From Macrostomum lignano (taxonomy: Eukaryota), in contig NIVC01000010.1 in assembly GCA_002269645.1 (NCBI GenBank), positions 248,001-312,000 of the forward strand: DNA of 64,000 nt, given 5' to 3'. A model generated the notes under the pieces. The model was not told the origin of the DNA. It did no database searches and saw only the letters and a program-made list of their open reading frames with translations. This document shows, one piece after another, positions 25,390 to 36,360 of the stretch. Position 1 is the first letter of the stretch. Every line of letters begins with the position of its first letter. Both the position numbers and the translations under genes were made by a program.

Positions 25390-26224
25390 TCCGAAAAAGG
25401 ATAGGGTCGCGCAAAAGAAAACCAACACGCGGGGTGACGGCAAGAACACAGCTGAACTTTAGCGAGTGAATTTAACGCATACAGAAATTGTAGTAGGATG
25501 GGTCATTATTCAAATGTCTGTTGAAAATTACTGAATTTAAGTGAGGAAGGCATGTAAAGTTAAAACAAACTAATTTAATATTAAGGAATTGTTAATTTCT
25601 GAAAGTGAGATAATAAGTAGTACTTAGATGGGTCAATGAAAATGACAGGAGAGCTAGCACACAAGGGAAGCAGTGGAGTGAAGGTGTGTAAACGATGCAG
25701 AATGCATCCGCTGCAGGGTGCAGCCAGCTGACAAACGGCTCAACAGCTGGGCCGGTCCCGGTGGACCGCATGGGCTCGCCCCCAATGGGACGCAGGCGCC
25801 GCCCAGACACGCGCACAGAGGCGCAAAGAAAAAACAGGCACAGAGAAAAGAAAGAGCGTTGAAAAACGCCTATGGCGCCCGGCTTTCGAGGTCCGGCACC
25901 GCAACAAAATGGGATGTTTCACACGCTCGCAAAAAGAAGTGAAGAGACTGAAGGGGAATACGAAAACAAAGGAACAGACTGCAGTAAATAATGAATACAG
26001 GTAGATGAATGGCGAAAATCAAAGTCAACGTAGGTATGGCAGTGAGAATAACATTGGTTACAAAAGTAGCGCAGAGCAAAGCGCGCGGGGCACGCGAACG
26101 CACAAAAAAAACGACAGGACGAACAGAGGTGACAAGACAGATGAGGCAAGGAGCACAGAACAAAGGTGACAAGACGGATGAGGCAAAAGGACACAGGACA
26201 AAGGGCGGGAGGGAGAAAACAGCG

Positions 26225-26845
26225 AGGGAGCGCCCAAGGCGGAGACAGGACGGCGCAGAGCGCCAAGGCAGAAAACGGCGCAGCGCGCCAGGCGGAGAAA
26301 GGCGCAGCGCGCCAAGGCAGGAGACAGCGCAGCGCGCCAGGCAAAGGAACGGCGCCATGCGCCAAGGCAGGAAACGGCGCAGCGCGCCACGGCAGGGAAC
26401 GGCGCCACGCGCCAAGGCAGAGAACGGCGCCACGTGCCAAGGCAGGAAACGGCGACAGGGCGCCACGGCAGGGAACGGCGCCACGCGCCAAGGCAGAGAA
26501 CGGCGCAGCGCGCCAGGCAGAGACGCGCAGGGGCGCCAAGGCAGGAAACGGCGCAGCGCACCAGGGCAGGGAACGGCGCCACGCGCCAGGCGGGAACGGC
26601 GCAGCGCGCCAGGCGGAGACGGCGCAGCGCGCCAGGCAGAGAATGGCGCAGGAGCGCCAGGCGGGAAACGGCGCAGCGCGCCAAGGCAGGAGAACGGCGC
26701 GGCGCGCCAGGCGGAGAACGGCGCCACGCGCCAAGGCAGAGAACCGCGCCACGCGCCAAGGCAGAGAATGGCGCTACGCGCCAGAGGCAGAGAACGGCGC
26801 CACGCGCCAAAGGCAGAGGATGGCGCTACGCGCCAAAGGCAGAGA
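26225..26845 (+). repeat. GC-rich degenerate minisatellite of about 24-bp units (GGCGCAGCGCGCCAAGGCAGAGAAC-like) inside the LTR element
   Basis: Direct inspection; source of several overlapping spurious ORFs. Confidence 0.9.
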
Positions 26846-27575
26846 GAGCGCGCGAGCGGTGTGTGTGTGTGCATGTGTGTACTTTTACCCCACAAATATT
26901 ATCTCTAATAGCTATACTATGAAATTTGCAAAATTTGACCAAAATCTGCAAATAATTTTTGACGAAGTTGACGCTGCTGCACTCGTCAATGGGCTGAGCA
27001 GCGAACTAAGCTAGCTATATCCCTATATAGGCATTTTTTTTTCCAGTTTCCAATGGCTTTTTTTCAGTTTTTATTTTCTTTTTGAGTTATTATGAGTTTT
27101 ATTCGTCGCCAGTAGTTATGCTTTAATTACCAACCATCTATTGCACATTATATGGTTTTGGGGGGGTATTAACGTCAGAGGTGACGCTCTTATACATTTC
27201 ATCGACTTCGGCAACACCGAACGGATGCAATAGGATTATTCTAAGCTATCAATTATTTTAATTATTTTTGTCCTTGCTATAATGTTTATACTATTCATGC
27301 TATTACTATTTATATATTATTCATATTGTCGTCATATTAGGCTTACAGGGGCATACGCGCCCTAGTATATTTTATAGACTACGGCAATGACGATGCAGGC
27401 GGAGAACTACTACAATATATTTTTGACAACTATTATATTTATAATATTCATGTCATAATTCTATTTTGACCATAAAGTGCTTTATTAATTAATTTTAAGT
27501 TAGTTTACTTTTGAATTAACTAGTTTGGCTTGTGGCTTGTGTTTGTGGTCTGTGGCTGGCAAATGCCGCAGGGGA

Positions 27576-27793
27576 CCTGTGGCCGGCAGGTGCCACAGGA
27601 GGTAGTTTTACGCCTTGCCCGGGGCGTGAGCTTGCGGTCTACAGGTGCCGCGGTGACCTGTGGCCGGCAGGTGCCACAGGAGGTAGTTTTACGCCTTGCC
27701 CGGGGCGTGAGCTTGCGGTCTACAGGTGCCGCGGTGACCTGTGGCCGGCAGGTGCCACAGGAGGTAGTTTTACGCCTTGCCCGGGGCGTGAGC
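27576..27793 (+). repeat. 81-bp tandem repeat, about 2.7 units, inside the LTR element
   Basis: Exact units; translates as a 27-aa repeat. Confidence 0.92.
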
Positions 27794-28679
27794 AAACTAA
27801 TGCTTGCCACCCTACAGCTGGAGCAGGCTGGACACCTGGCACGCCCGGTACCTAACGGGTGGGCAGATGGGGCGCCCATAGCTGGGTCTGGGTTCAGTGG
27901 CTGGGGCTGGTGGATTAACTGCCTGTGCGGCGACTGGGTCCGCCACAGGCTCGGGAGGCGCCATGCCGAAGTCTTCCCTGTTGCCGGACATTGTGCGAGA
28001 TGAAGCTCAGGCAGGAGCCCGAGTGAGGCGAACGGAGCAACCACGAGTGAGAGTAAGGTTCCAGAGAGAACGAATTGAAGTTGATGACGCGAGAGAGACG
28101 AGAGAGATTGCGTCCTACTAACAAAAATACGTGCCGGACAGGGGCAAACCACAAAAAGCCTATAATAGGGGAAAGTCCTATCACGCAAACCACCCAGACT
28201 AACTGTCAGGCAATAGTCCCTACAAACAATCAGCGCATAGCGTAACCTGGCGTGGCTTGGCACACGCAGCGGAGCTATCTTGGCAGAGCGTAAGCTCGAG
28301 CTCAACGCAGTTGACAGCGCGCGTTGCTCAGGGCGACGGCCAGCGACGACCCGCGGCGACGAGCGAAGACCAGCCGGGCAGTCAGGACCCCTGGGCCTGA
28401 CGTGGCACAGGCTCTTGCAGCCTTGCGGACCGAACCTCCGGCGTGGCACAGGCTCTCGCAGCCTTGCGGACCGAACCTCAGGCGTAGCACAGGCAGGCAG
28501 GTGCTCAGTCACGAGCCGGCAGAGCTGAGCAGAAGTCTCGCTGGTGGCTGATGCTTGGTTGCGAACTGGCAGGACTGAGACGAAGTCTTGATGGCGCTGA
28601 TCTAGTTGCGAGCCGGCAGTGCTGAGTAGGAGTCTCGGTGGTGCTTGGTTTAGTTGCGAGCCGGCAGTGCTGAGTAGGA

Positions 28680-28697
28680 ATCTCGGTGGGACCTCCA
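28680..28697 (-). other. Primer-binding site complementary to the tRNA-Gln 3' end
   Basis: Plus strand ATCTCGGTGGGACCTCCA matches the tRNA-Gln 3' terminus including CCA; 6 nt from the 5' LTR. Confidence 0.85.
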
Positions 28698-30883
28698 AAA
28701 TTATGTCACGTTATTTGATGTTGGCCGTGACCCTTAAAAGGGCCGTTTTAGTCCCAAAATAAGTTGAAGTCAACTTATGCGAAGTGGTTGGTGTAGCGGA
28801 GCACTTGGCAATAAGGGCAGGAAACTGCCGTAGTCGGTTTTTATTATCAATATAAATAGTAAGTTGGTTGTCACTGGCAAATAACAAACTATGGCTTTCT
28901 GGGCACTGGCGGCTGCAACAATGGTTTCTTTTAAGATAAATTGGATGTGAGTTCAAGCGACAGACGAGTGATGTAATGGCGACGTAACGTGATGATCAAT
29001 GGCAATGAGTACAGAAGAGGCAGTGAGACGTAGTAGGCAGATGAGCAGTGGCGAAGTTGGCGTCAGTCGTGGCGTGAGGCAAGGAGGCTCGAGGCAGCCA
29101 GACAGAGAGAAGGAAAACAAGGCCGTAAAAACACACACAAGGCCAAGGACAGGCCGGGAGGAAGAGAGAAGCACAGATAAGGACAGGAGTGAGGAGTGCC
29201 CGCCGCCAGGCGGGGGTTTAATAAAGGAGCGCAGAGGGGGGTAGCGCGAAGCACGAGTGATTTCATTGGCTGGCGAGAGAACTTAAAATTATCGATCGTG
29301 CCAATTTTATACGGTCGCAAGAGAGGATAGCAAAATATACAGTGAATTAGAAATTGCCACAAAATCGTTGGGCATTACTACAAGTAAACGTCGCAATAAA
29401 CGAATGGAAAAGTTTAGTTGAAACAATGAAACTGAAGGGTTGAATGACTATGGAGAACAGCAGTCCAACGGCCCTTTTCGGGACCACCTTAAACTGACAA
29501 CGTCACATATATTTATGGCAAAATTTTGGAGAAAAACTGGTTTGGGATTGGGTATTTACTTAGATCAAAAATGTTTGATTAAGCTGTCATGCATGTTTGA
29601 GCATTACCATATATGGGGTTAAGCAAATACAGCTGTTAGAATCCAGTTCCTTGATCAAACAATGTAGGGTTCTAAATCATTCTGTTTGTGTGTGATTCCC
29701 AAAAATAGATATGAGTCATTCTAGAATAACTTGACTTTCCTAGAATATTACTTTAAGTAGAGCATTACAGTATGGTTTAATAACTCTCTACATAAGAATG
29801 GGACCATTACTTTAAATATATTCTATGCTAATAATGACAATATATTAACTATATGGGACTATGTCAATATAGCTTTGCTTTTTGCATGGCAGCTAAGTTA
29901 CAAAACTACAAAGTGTAAATAATATAAAATAAAAATAAAAGAAAATAAAATAATAATAGAAAACTAAACAAATAACATTGTTATAGTTGGGAAACTTTGG
30001 TGAGGAAATTTTATAGTTTCATAATTTATTGGTATATGCATCATATGTTAAGTAAGAGTAGGGCAAGGGCCTTTTCTTACATTTAGCTGCCATGTGAATA
30101 AGCAGAGCATTGTTGGCACTAGACTGTGGGAATAAGCACTGCCATACTTCAATTTGATCTTATCGTTTATTTTATCACAAAAATAGTATTCAACCATAAT
30201 TATAGCTTCAATTTTGGAAAAATTTAGGATGGCACCTCGATGGCAAATTTGGGTATTGATTTTGGCTACAGAGATCTTGCCTGGTAGCAGCTATAGATAC
30301 ACATTATAGAGATTTGGAGCATGTTAAATAATTTCCTGTAATAATATAAATTAAATTAAAAATTCTTTTCTTTAAAAAATATTTTACTTCTTTGCATTGT
30401 AATTTTTATATTCTTGAGTAAATAAAAAGATATTCTATTGGCTATCACAGTATCACATATAAAATGCATCTATATGATTATTTGTTATATGAAACTAAAC
30501 AAATCACAAAGAACACAAAGAGTTTGTGTAACACTTTAACTATAACAAAATTCTGCAACAAAAATTTAACTAAAATTCTGTTAATTTTTTATTGCTATGT
30601 TGTAACTAGATGATTACAAATAGATGAATGCAAATAGCTAATTAAATGATTGAAAGGTCTAACCTATGTCTGGATCAATACTTGAATAATTCACTTGAAA
30701 AATCCTTGGTAAATGACTTTTATTCTTTCCAAATTTCTTCATGACCTGAACTCACTATGCCTTCTTGTGCCTACTGAAACTGCTTAGAAGATAGTCTTAA
30801 ATTGGAGTTGTTACGTTTTGACTTGATGTTATTAATAATGCTTTAGAAGGTATAAACTGATTTTTTGCCCGCGACTGTGCCAA

Positions 30884-33800
30884 ATGTCAAAGCCGTTCAG
30901 GCAGAAACCAACTGGCAGCTCGCAATTGCCTGATTGGCACTGCCGCCAGCAGCCCTCTGTTGCCCTGGATGCTGATGAAGCATCCAATTTTGTTGCTGCC
31001 AACTGTTGTTATGAAAATTTTGACGAAACCCAAGTGAACTTGGTGTCCTCTACCACCAGCACACTGATGCAGGATTTGCACAAGTGAGTGGTAAACTCTA
31101 TAATGAACATTTTTTCTTGTGCTTGACTAAATTTTGTTGCTATTCACCAGAGAAGAAGGATTAAGCCATCACGTGCACAAATGCATCACCACCTGTTGAA
31201 GTGTGAGCCACTCTCAGATCCTCCAGTTGTAAGGCCAGCCTCCCATATTCTCAGTTGCTGGGCCAGCCTCCCAGATCCTCAGTTGCTAGGCCAGCCTCCC
31301 AGATCCTCAGTTGCTGTGCCAGCCTCTAAGATCCTCAGTTGCTAGGCCAGCCTCCCAGATCCTCAGTTGCTGTGCCAGCCTCCCAGATCCTCAGTTGCTG
31401 GGCTACCACCGCCCTCCCAGATCCTCAAATTCTCAGTAGGATGCCCTGCCCAGATCCTCATTCTCAATGGATTACCATCTCAATAGATCCTCAAAGCAGT
31501 TCAATTGATCGTCACTGTACCTTCGTTCCTCATCATACGCCCGACTCGCGCAGCATGCCGACGCTGACCTCGACGGAGTTCGCCGCTGCACACCCGCGCC
31601 TGGCCGGCGAGATGAGCCGGGTTCGCGGCCACCCGCTCTACCCCCTGCTGAGCGGCCTGCTGATGCGCTGCGAGGCCCTGACCGCCGGAGCCAGCGTGGA
31701 GACCGGCCGTCAGGCCCTGGCAGCCGAGACCGCCGCTTTCGCTGACAGACATCAACGAGCTGCTGCGTCAGTAGCGGAGGCTGATGATGACGCTGAAGCA
31801 GATCAAACCGACGAGGATGAAGAGGAATTAGACGAGCTCATGTCCGAAGCGGTGCGAGTGCTGGCTATTCACCTGACTGAGCTGGACAAAGTTGAGGAAT
31901 TGTGCGGCGACTTTTGCCGAAGATATATTAGCACTCTGCAGGGCGGGTCCCGGCTGGCAGACTGTCTGTGTCTGGGTGAGTGTAAAGCTTGCTATAGGTC
32001 GATGGATATGATACATAGAAGATCTTTAGCCAGAAACACATCACCAGAGTGACAAGAAACACATCACAAGAGTGACAAGAAACACACCAGTGTGACAAGA
32101 AACACACCAGTGTGACAAGAAATAAATGACCAGAGTGACAAGAAATGCATGACCAGGGTGACAAGAAAGGCATTACCAGAGTGACAAGAAACACATCGCA
32201 AAAATGACAAGAAATGCATGACCAGGGTGACAAGAAAGGCATCACCAGAGTGACAAGAAACACATCGCAAGAATGACAAGAAATGCATGACCAGGGTGAC
32301 AAGAAAGACATCACCAGAATGACAAGAAACACATCGCAAGAGTGACAAGAAACACATCGCAAGAGTGACAAAAAACTCACCAGAGTAGCGAGAAAGACGC
32401 AAAACATTAGGGACGTTTTAAATTTCTTCAAAAAATTGATGTGTAACAGTGTAGACTTGACCTCCATTGTTATCGCCCGCAGACTCGATGCCAGACTCTC
32501 CAACCTCTTCTGAGCCCACAAGTCCCAGCCTGCAGCAGCAGCATCATCATCCTCCACGCCAGCAGCATCAGCTGCAGCCTCCGAATTTGTTGGAATCCAG
32601 CCCCTGTATAAAATCATCGCCAAGTCCCCCTTCGATGTCGCCGATTTTACCGCCAGCTCTGTCTCGCATGCCGGATTCCGGGGCTGGGGGCGCCGCCTGC
32701 GGCAGTGAAGAGTCGTCAGACAGCGCCAATCGGAGCGGCGCCCCAGGCAGAGGCGTTCGAGGCGCTCTGCCTAAACGGGCTACTCAAATTTTGAAACAAT
32801 GGCTATTTCAGCATCTTGTGGTAAATATCATCATGCCTCTGTTCTCCATCTGTGCACTATTAAAACTTATTTTTTGTTGGTGGGTGGGTAGCACCATTCA
32901 TTCAGAAATGTTCAGGATTTGGTGTTTTATGGCGTGAATAAGAAATTTCTCAAAGCTAAGGGGATTTGTAATATGGGGATTCCCGATTCTACACTTGGGA
33001 AATCCTCGGGGAATCCCCGACTCTAAACGTTATGGGAATCCTCGGGGAATCCCCGATTCTAAACGTTATTGGAATCCTCGTGGAATCCCCGATTCTAAAC
33101 GTTATGAAAATCCTCGGGGAATCCCCGATTCTAAACGTTATTGGAATCCTCGGGGAATCCCCGATTCTAAACGTTATGAGAATCCTCGGAGAATCCCCGA
33201 TTGTAAACGTTATGAGAATCCTCGGAGAATCCCCGATTCTAAACGTTATGAAAATCCTCGGGGAATCCCCGATTCTAAACGTTATGAGAATCCTCGGAGA
33301 ATCCCCGATTCTAAATGTTATGGAAATCCTCGTGGAATCACCGATTCTAAACTTAGGGAATCCTCGGAGAATCCCCGATTCTAAACTTAGAAATAGTCGT
33401 GGAATCCCCGATTCTAAAATTGGGGAATCCTCAGGGAATCCCCGGTACTAAAATTGGGACTCCTCGGGGAATCACCGATTCCAAACGTGATGGGAATCAT
33501 ATGGGAATCCCAGATTCCCTGTTAAATATGCTATAGCACTTAATAGACTTCTCATGTATGACTAGCTATCTGTACCCCTCCCCCTGTGAGGGAAGCAATA
33601 AAAGAATTAATACTAATAGTCGATTGATTGTATTAATAAATATTAAGGGTTTGCGATAACAATGCTAGGCTGCGAAGCTTAGCAGTAAGGCTTACTTATT
33701 CCCGCCTTCATCTACCCCATCTCAGCATCCTTACCCAAGCGAGGAGGAGAAGCGAACCCTCGCCAACCAGTGCGGCCTCAGCCTGCTGCAAGTCAATAAC

Positions 33801-34049
33801 TGGTTTATCAACGCGCGCAGAAGAATCCTGCCACCGCAGCCGGCCGTTCCAACCTCTCTGTCCGGAGGAGATTCGGCCAGTTCAGAATCCACAGCGGCGG
33901 ACGAAGCGAAGCGGCATCGATCGGCCAAGCATCAGCAGCGACAGTTGGGCCGGTTCTGGCCGCTGTCTCTTGGCGGCGGAAGTAATAATGCAACTTCTAA
34001 AGCTGCTACTACTGGCAGTAGTTTGGCTGGCGAATCGTCTTCTGCTTGA
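30884..34049 (+). CDS. PKNOX: TALE-class homeobox protein Prep/PKNOX. Exons 30884-31083, 31554-31975, 32483-32820, 33726-34049 (427 aa)
   Basis: MEINOX domain (HPLYPLL..RCE; [27 protein letters not shown]), homeodomain [21 protein letters not shown]|[25 protein letters not shown], and the Prep-type RFWP motif. Intron phases 2, 1, 0 are mutually consistent. The first exon and start codon are less certain. Confidence 0.93.
31212..31432 (+). repeat. 28-bp minisatellite (CAGATCCTCAGTTGCTGGGCCAGCCTCC) in Prep intron 1
   Basis: Same unit as 59885-60885. Confidence 0.9.
32035..32385 (+). repeat. Minisatellite of about 21-23-bp units (GTGACAAGAAACACATCGCAAGA-like) in Prep intron 2
   Basis: Direct inspection. 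Confidence 0.88.
32960..33520 (+). repeat. 30-bp minisatellite (GGAATCCTCGGGGAATCCCCGATTCTAAAC core) in Prep intron 3
   Basis: Direct inspection. Confidence 0.9.
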
Positions 34050-34124
34050 CGTCTATCGGGTTCTGGGGATAATTGTAGGGCTCATTCAGGACGGTTGCTA
34101 GAAATTATGTTAACAATAATCCTA

Positions 34125-34875
34125 GGCAATCTTATTAGGAATCTCCGATTCTAACCTTGGGAAATCCCATGAGAAAACCCGATTCTAAACTAGGGGAATC
34201 CTATGGTAATCCCCGTTTCTAAACTTTAGGAATCCTATGACAATCACCGATTCTAAACTGGGGGAAATCTATGGGAATCACCGATTCTAAACTGGGGGGA
34301 ATCCTATGTTAATCCCCGATTCTAAACTGAAAGGAAATCTATGGGAATCACCGATTCTAAACTGGGGGAAATCTATGGGAATCACCGATTCTAAACTGTG
34401 GGAAATCTATGGGAATCACCGATTCTAAACTGGGGGAAATCTATGGGAATCACCGATTCTAAACTGTGGGAAATCTGTGGGAATCACCGATTCTAAGCTG
34501 GGGGAAATCTATGGGAATCACCGATTCTAAACTGTGGGAAATCTGTGGGAATCACCGATTCTAAACTGGGGGAAATCTATGGAAATCACCGATTCTAAAC
34601 TGAAAGGAAATCTATGGGAATCACCGATTCTAAACTGAAAGGAAATCTATGGGAATCACCGATTCTAAATTGGGGGAAATCTATGGGAATCACCGATTCT
34701 AAATTGGAGGAAATCTATGGGAATCACCGATTCTAAACTGGGGGAAATCTATGGGAATCACCGATTCTAAATTGGAGGAAATCTATGGGAATCACCGATT
34801 CTAAACTTATGAAATCCTATGGAATTCCCGACTCCAAACTTGGGAAATCTTATAGGAATTTTCGATTTTAAACAT
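34125..34875 (+). repeat. 32-bp minisatellite (CTATGGGAATCACCGATTCTAAACTGGGGGAAAT-like) 3' of Prep, related to the intron 3 array
   Basis: Shared GGGAATC(A/C)CCGATTCTAAAC core. Confidence 0.9.
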
Positions 34876-35832
34876 GAAAAATTCTCGAGGATAACATTAA
34901 ATATGATTCCCATATAATTAATTACTGGTTCATATCCCAGAATCAATCCCCGATACTAAAATGCAAGTTTTGCATTGAATAAATCTAAGTCGGTGGTTAT
35001 TGCTTCTTGAAGTTCAGAGTGTTTTATTAAATCTTTATAATCAATTATTGATTTTTAGGGTATTTCAATCCTTACTGCAAAGTTTCTCCAACTCAAATCT
35101 GTTGCCTTATGTACTTTTGTAAGTCATAACATTGTGGCAAATTGTTTTTTGTGTGGCGGTCATTTTTTGCTCGACTTTTGCTTGTTTTTGTTACTGTTGG
35201 TTTTGGCGAAGGATGAATTTTTGTATCATAGGGTCTTATTTAATAGGCTCATTTTAAGTATCTGAGTTTTGCTTTTCTTTATTCTTTTAAATCGCTAACT
35301 ATTTTTGCAATCTAATCATTATTTAGCAATGCAACCGGCAAAAGTGACTGGGTTTTGTTATAATTTTACCTACCAGTGCCTCGAGTTTCTGGGTATGCTG
35401 CCTTTCATAACACTACTATTAGTAGTTGCTGTTATGTAAGCTAATTTGCAACATGAATTTCATTTGTTTTTTAGCATGAAGTGTATAGAAACCTAGAAAT
35501 ATAGAAATCTTTTTGTCCTTTGTTTTGTGTTTTTTAGCAATTCTAATGACTTGATTTGTTTAAAAATTTGCAACATTTGTACACTATTGTGTCCCGGCCT
35601 ATTCGCGACTTATTCAATAATGATAATTTACATGTATGTGCTAATTTGTTTACATTTTATACAAGGGGTGTTGCAGAAAGTTTCTTCCGGACTGTGTTTA
35701 CTGTGACTGTGTTAGTTGGACTTGGGATAAGGGAGAACAAGCAAGGGGATAATTAGGGACTATTATGTCAACTTCAGCTTATAAAGCGGAGTGCTCCTCC
35801 TTAGTCTAAGAAGTCTTCTTATAGATAGAAAA

Positions 35833-36360
35833 CGTCTATGGCCCAGAAAGATTGTCTATGGCCTAGAAAGATTCTATGACCTAGAAAGATTGTCTATGGT
35901 CTAGAAAGATTGTCTTTGACCTAGAAAAATTGTCTATGACCTAGAAAGATTGTCTATGGCCTAGAAAGATTGTCTATGACCTAGAAAGGTTGTCTATGGC
36001 CTAGAAAGATTGTCTTTAACCTAGAAAAATTGTCTTTGACCTAGAAAGATTGTCTATGACCTAGAAAGATTGTCTATGGCCTAGAAAGATTGTCTTTGAC
36101 CTAGAAAAATTGTCTATGGCCTAGAAAGATTGTCTATTGTCTAGAAAGATTGTCTATGGCCTAGAAAGATTGTCTTTAACCTAGAAAGATTGTCTATGAC
36201 CTAGAAAGATTGTCTATGGCCTAGAAAGATTGTCTATGACCTAGAAAGGTTGTCTATGGCCTAGAACGATTGTCTATGACCTAGAAAGATTGTCTATGGC
36301 CTAGAAAGATTGTCTATGGCCTAGAAAGATTGTATATAGCCTAGAAATATTGTCTATGGC
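35833..36360 (+). repeat. 20-bp minisatellite (CTAGAAAGATTGTCTATGGC), about 26 units
   Basis: Direct inspection. Confidence 0.95.

Larger units (their letters stand above)
24575..29507 (-). mobile_element. Non-autonomous LTR retroelement (4933 bp), probably Gypsy-type, recently inserted
   Basis: Two 804-bp LTRs (24575-25378, 28704-29507) with TG..CA ends and a TATA TSD. I counted five substitutions between the LTRs. PBS and PPT define the minus orientation. No RT, RNase H or integrase core was seen. Confidence 0.95.
23843..30143. mobile_element. Older Foldback/Mutator-like non-autonomous element hosting the LTR insertion
   Basis: About 60-bp imperfect TIR starting GGCAGTGCTTATTCC and a 9-bp TSD GTACTTCAA/ATACTTCAA (23834-23842, 30144-30152). 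Confidence 0.75.

Noticed and set aside
25870-27014. Six overlapping Arg/Ala/Pro-rich ORFs on both strands
   Set aside because: A GC-rich minisatellite lacking stops in all frames; no domain signal
27520-28698. 392-aa minus-strand ORF as the element's gag
   Set aside because: No CCHC knuckle, capsid or protease motifs; largely built from tandem repeats
31928-32623. 231-aa minus-strand Cys/His-rich ORF
   Set aside because: Translation of the Prep intron 2 minisatellite and the antisense of exon 3
32960-33520. Array of NF-kB sites (GGGAATCCCC matches the kB consensus)
   Set aside because: A by-product of the satellite unit's internal palindrome; no evidence for NF-kB function here
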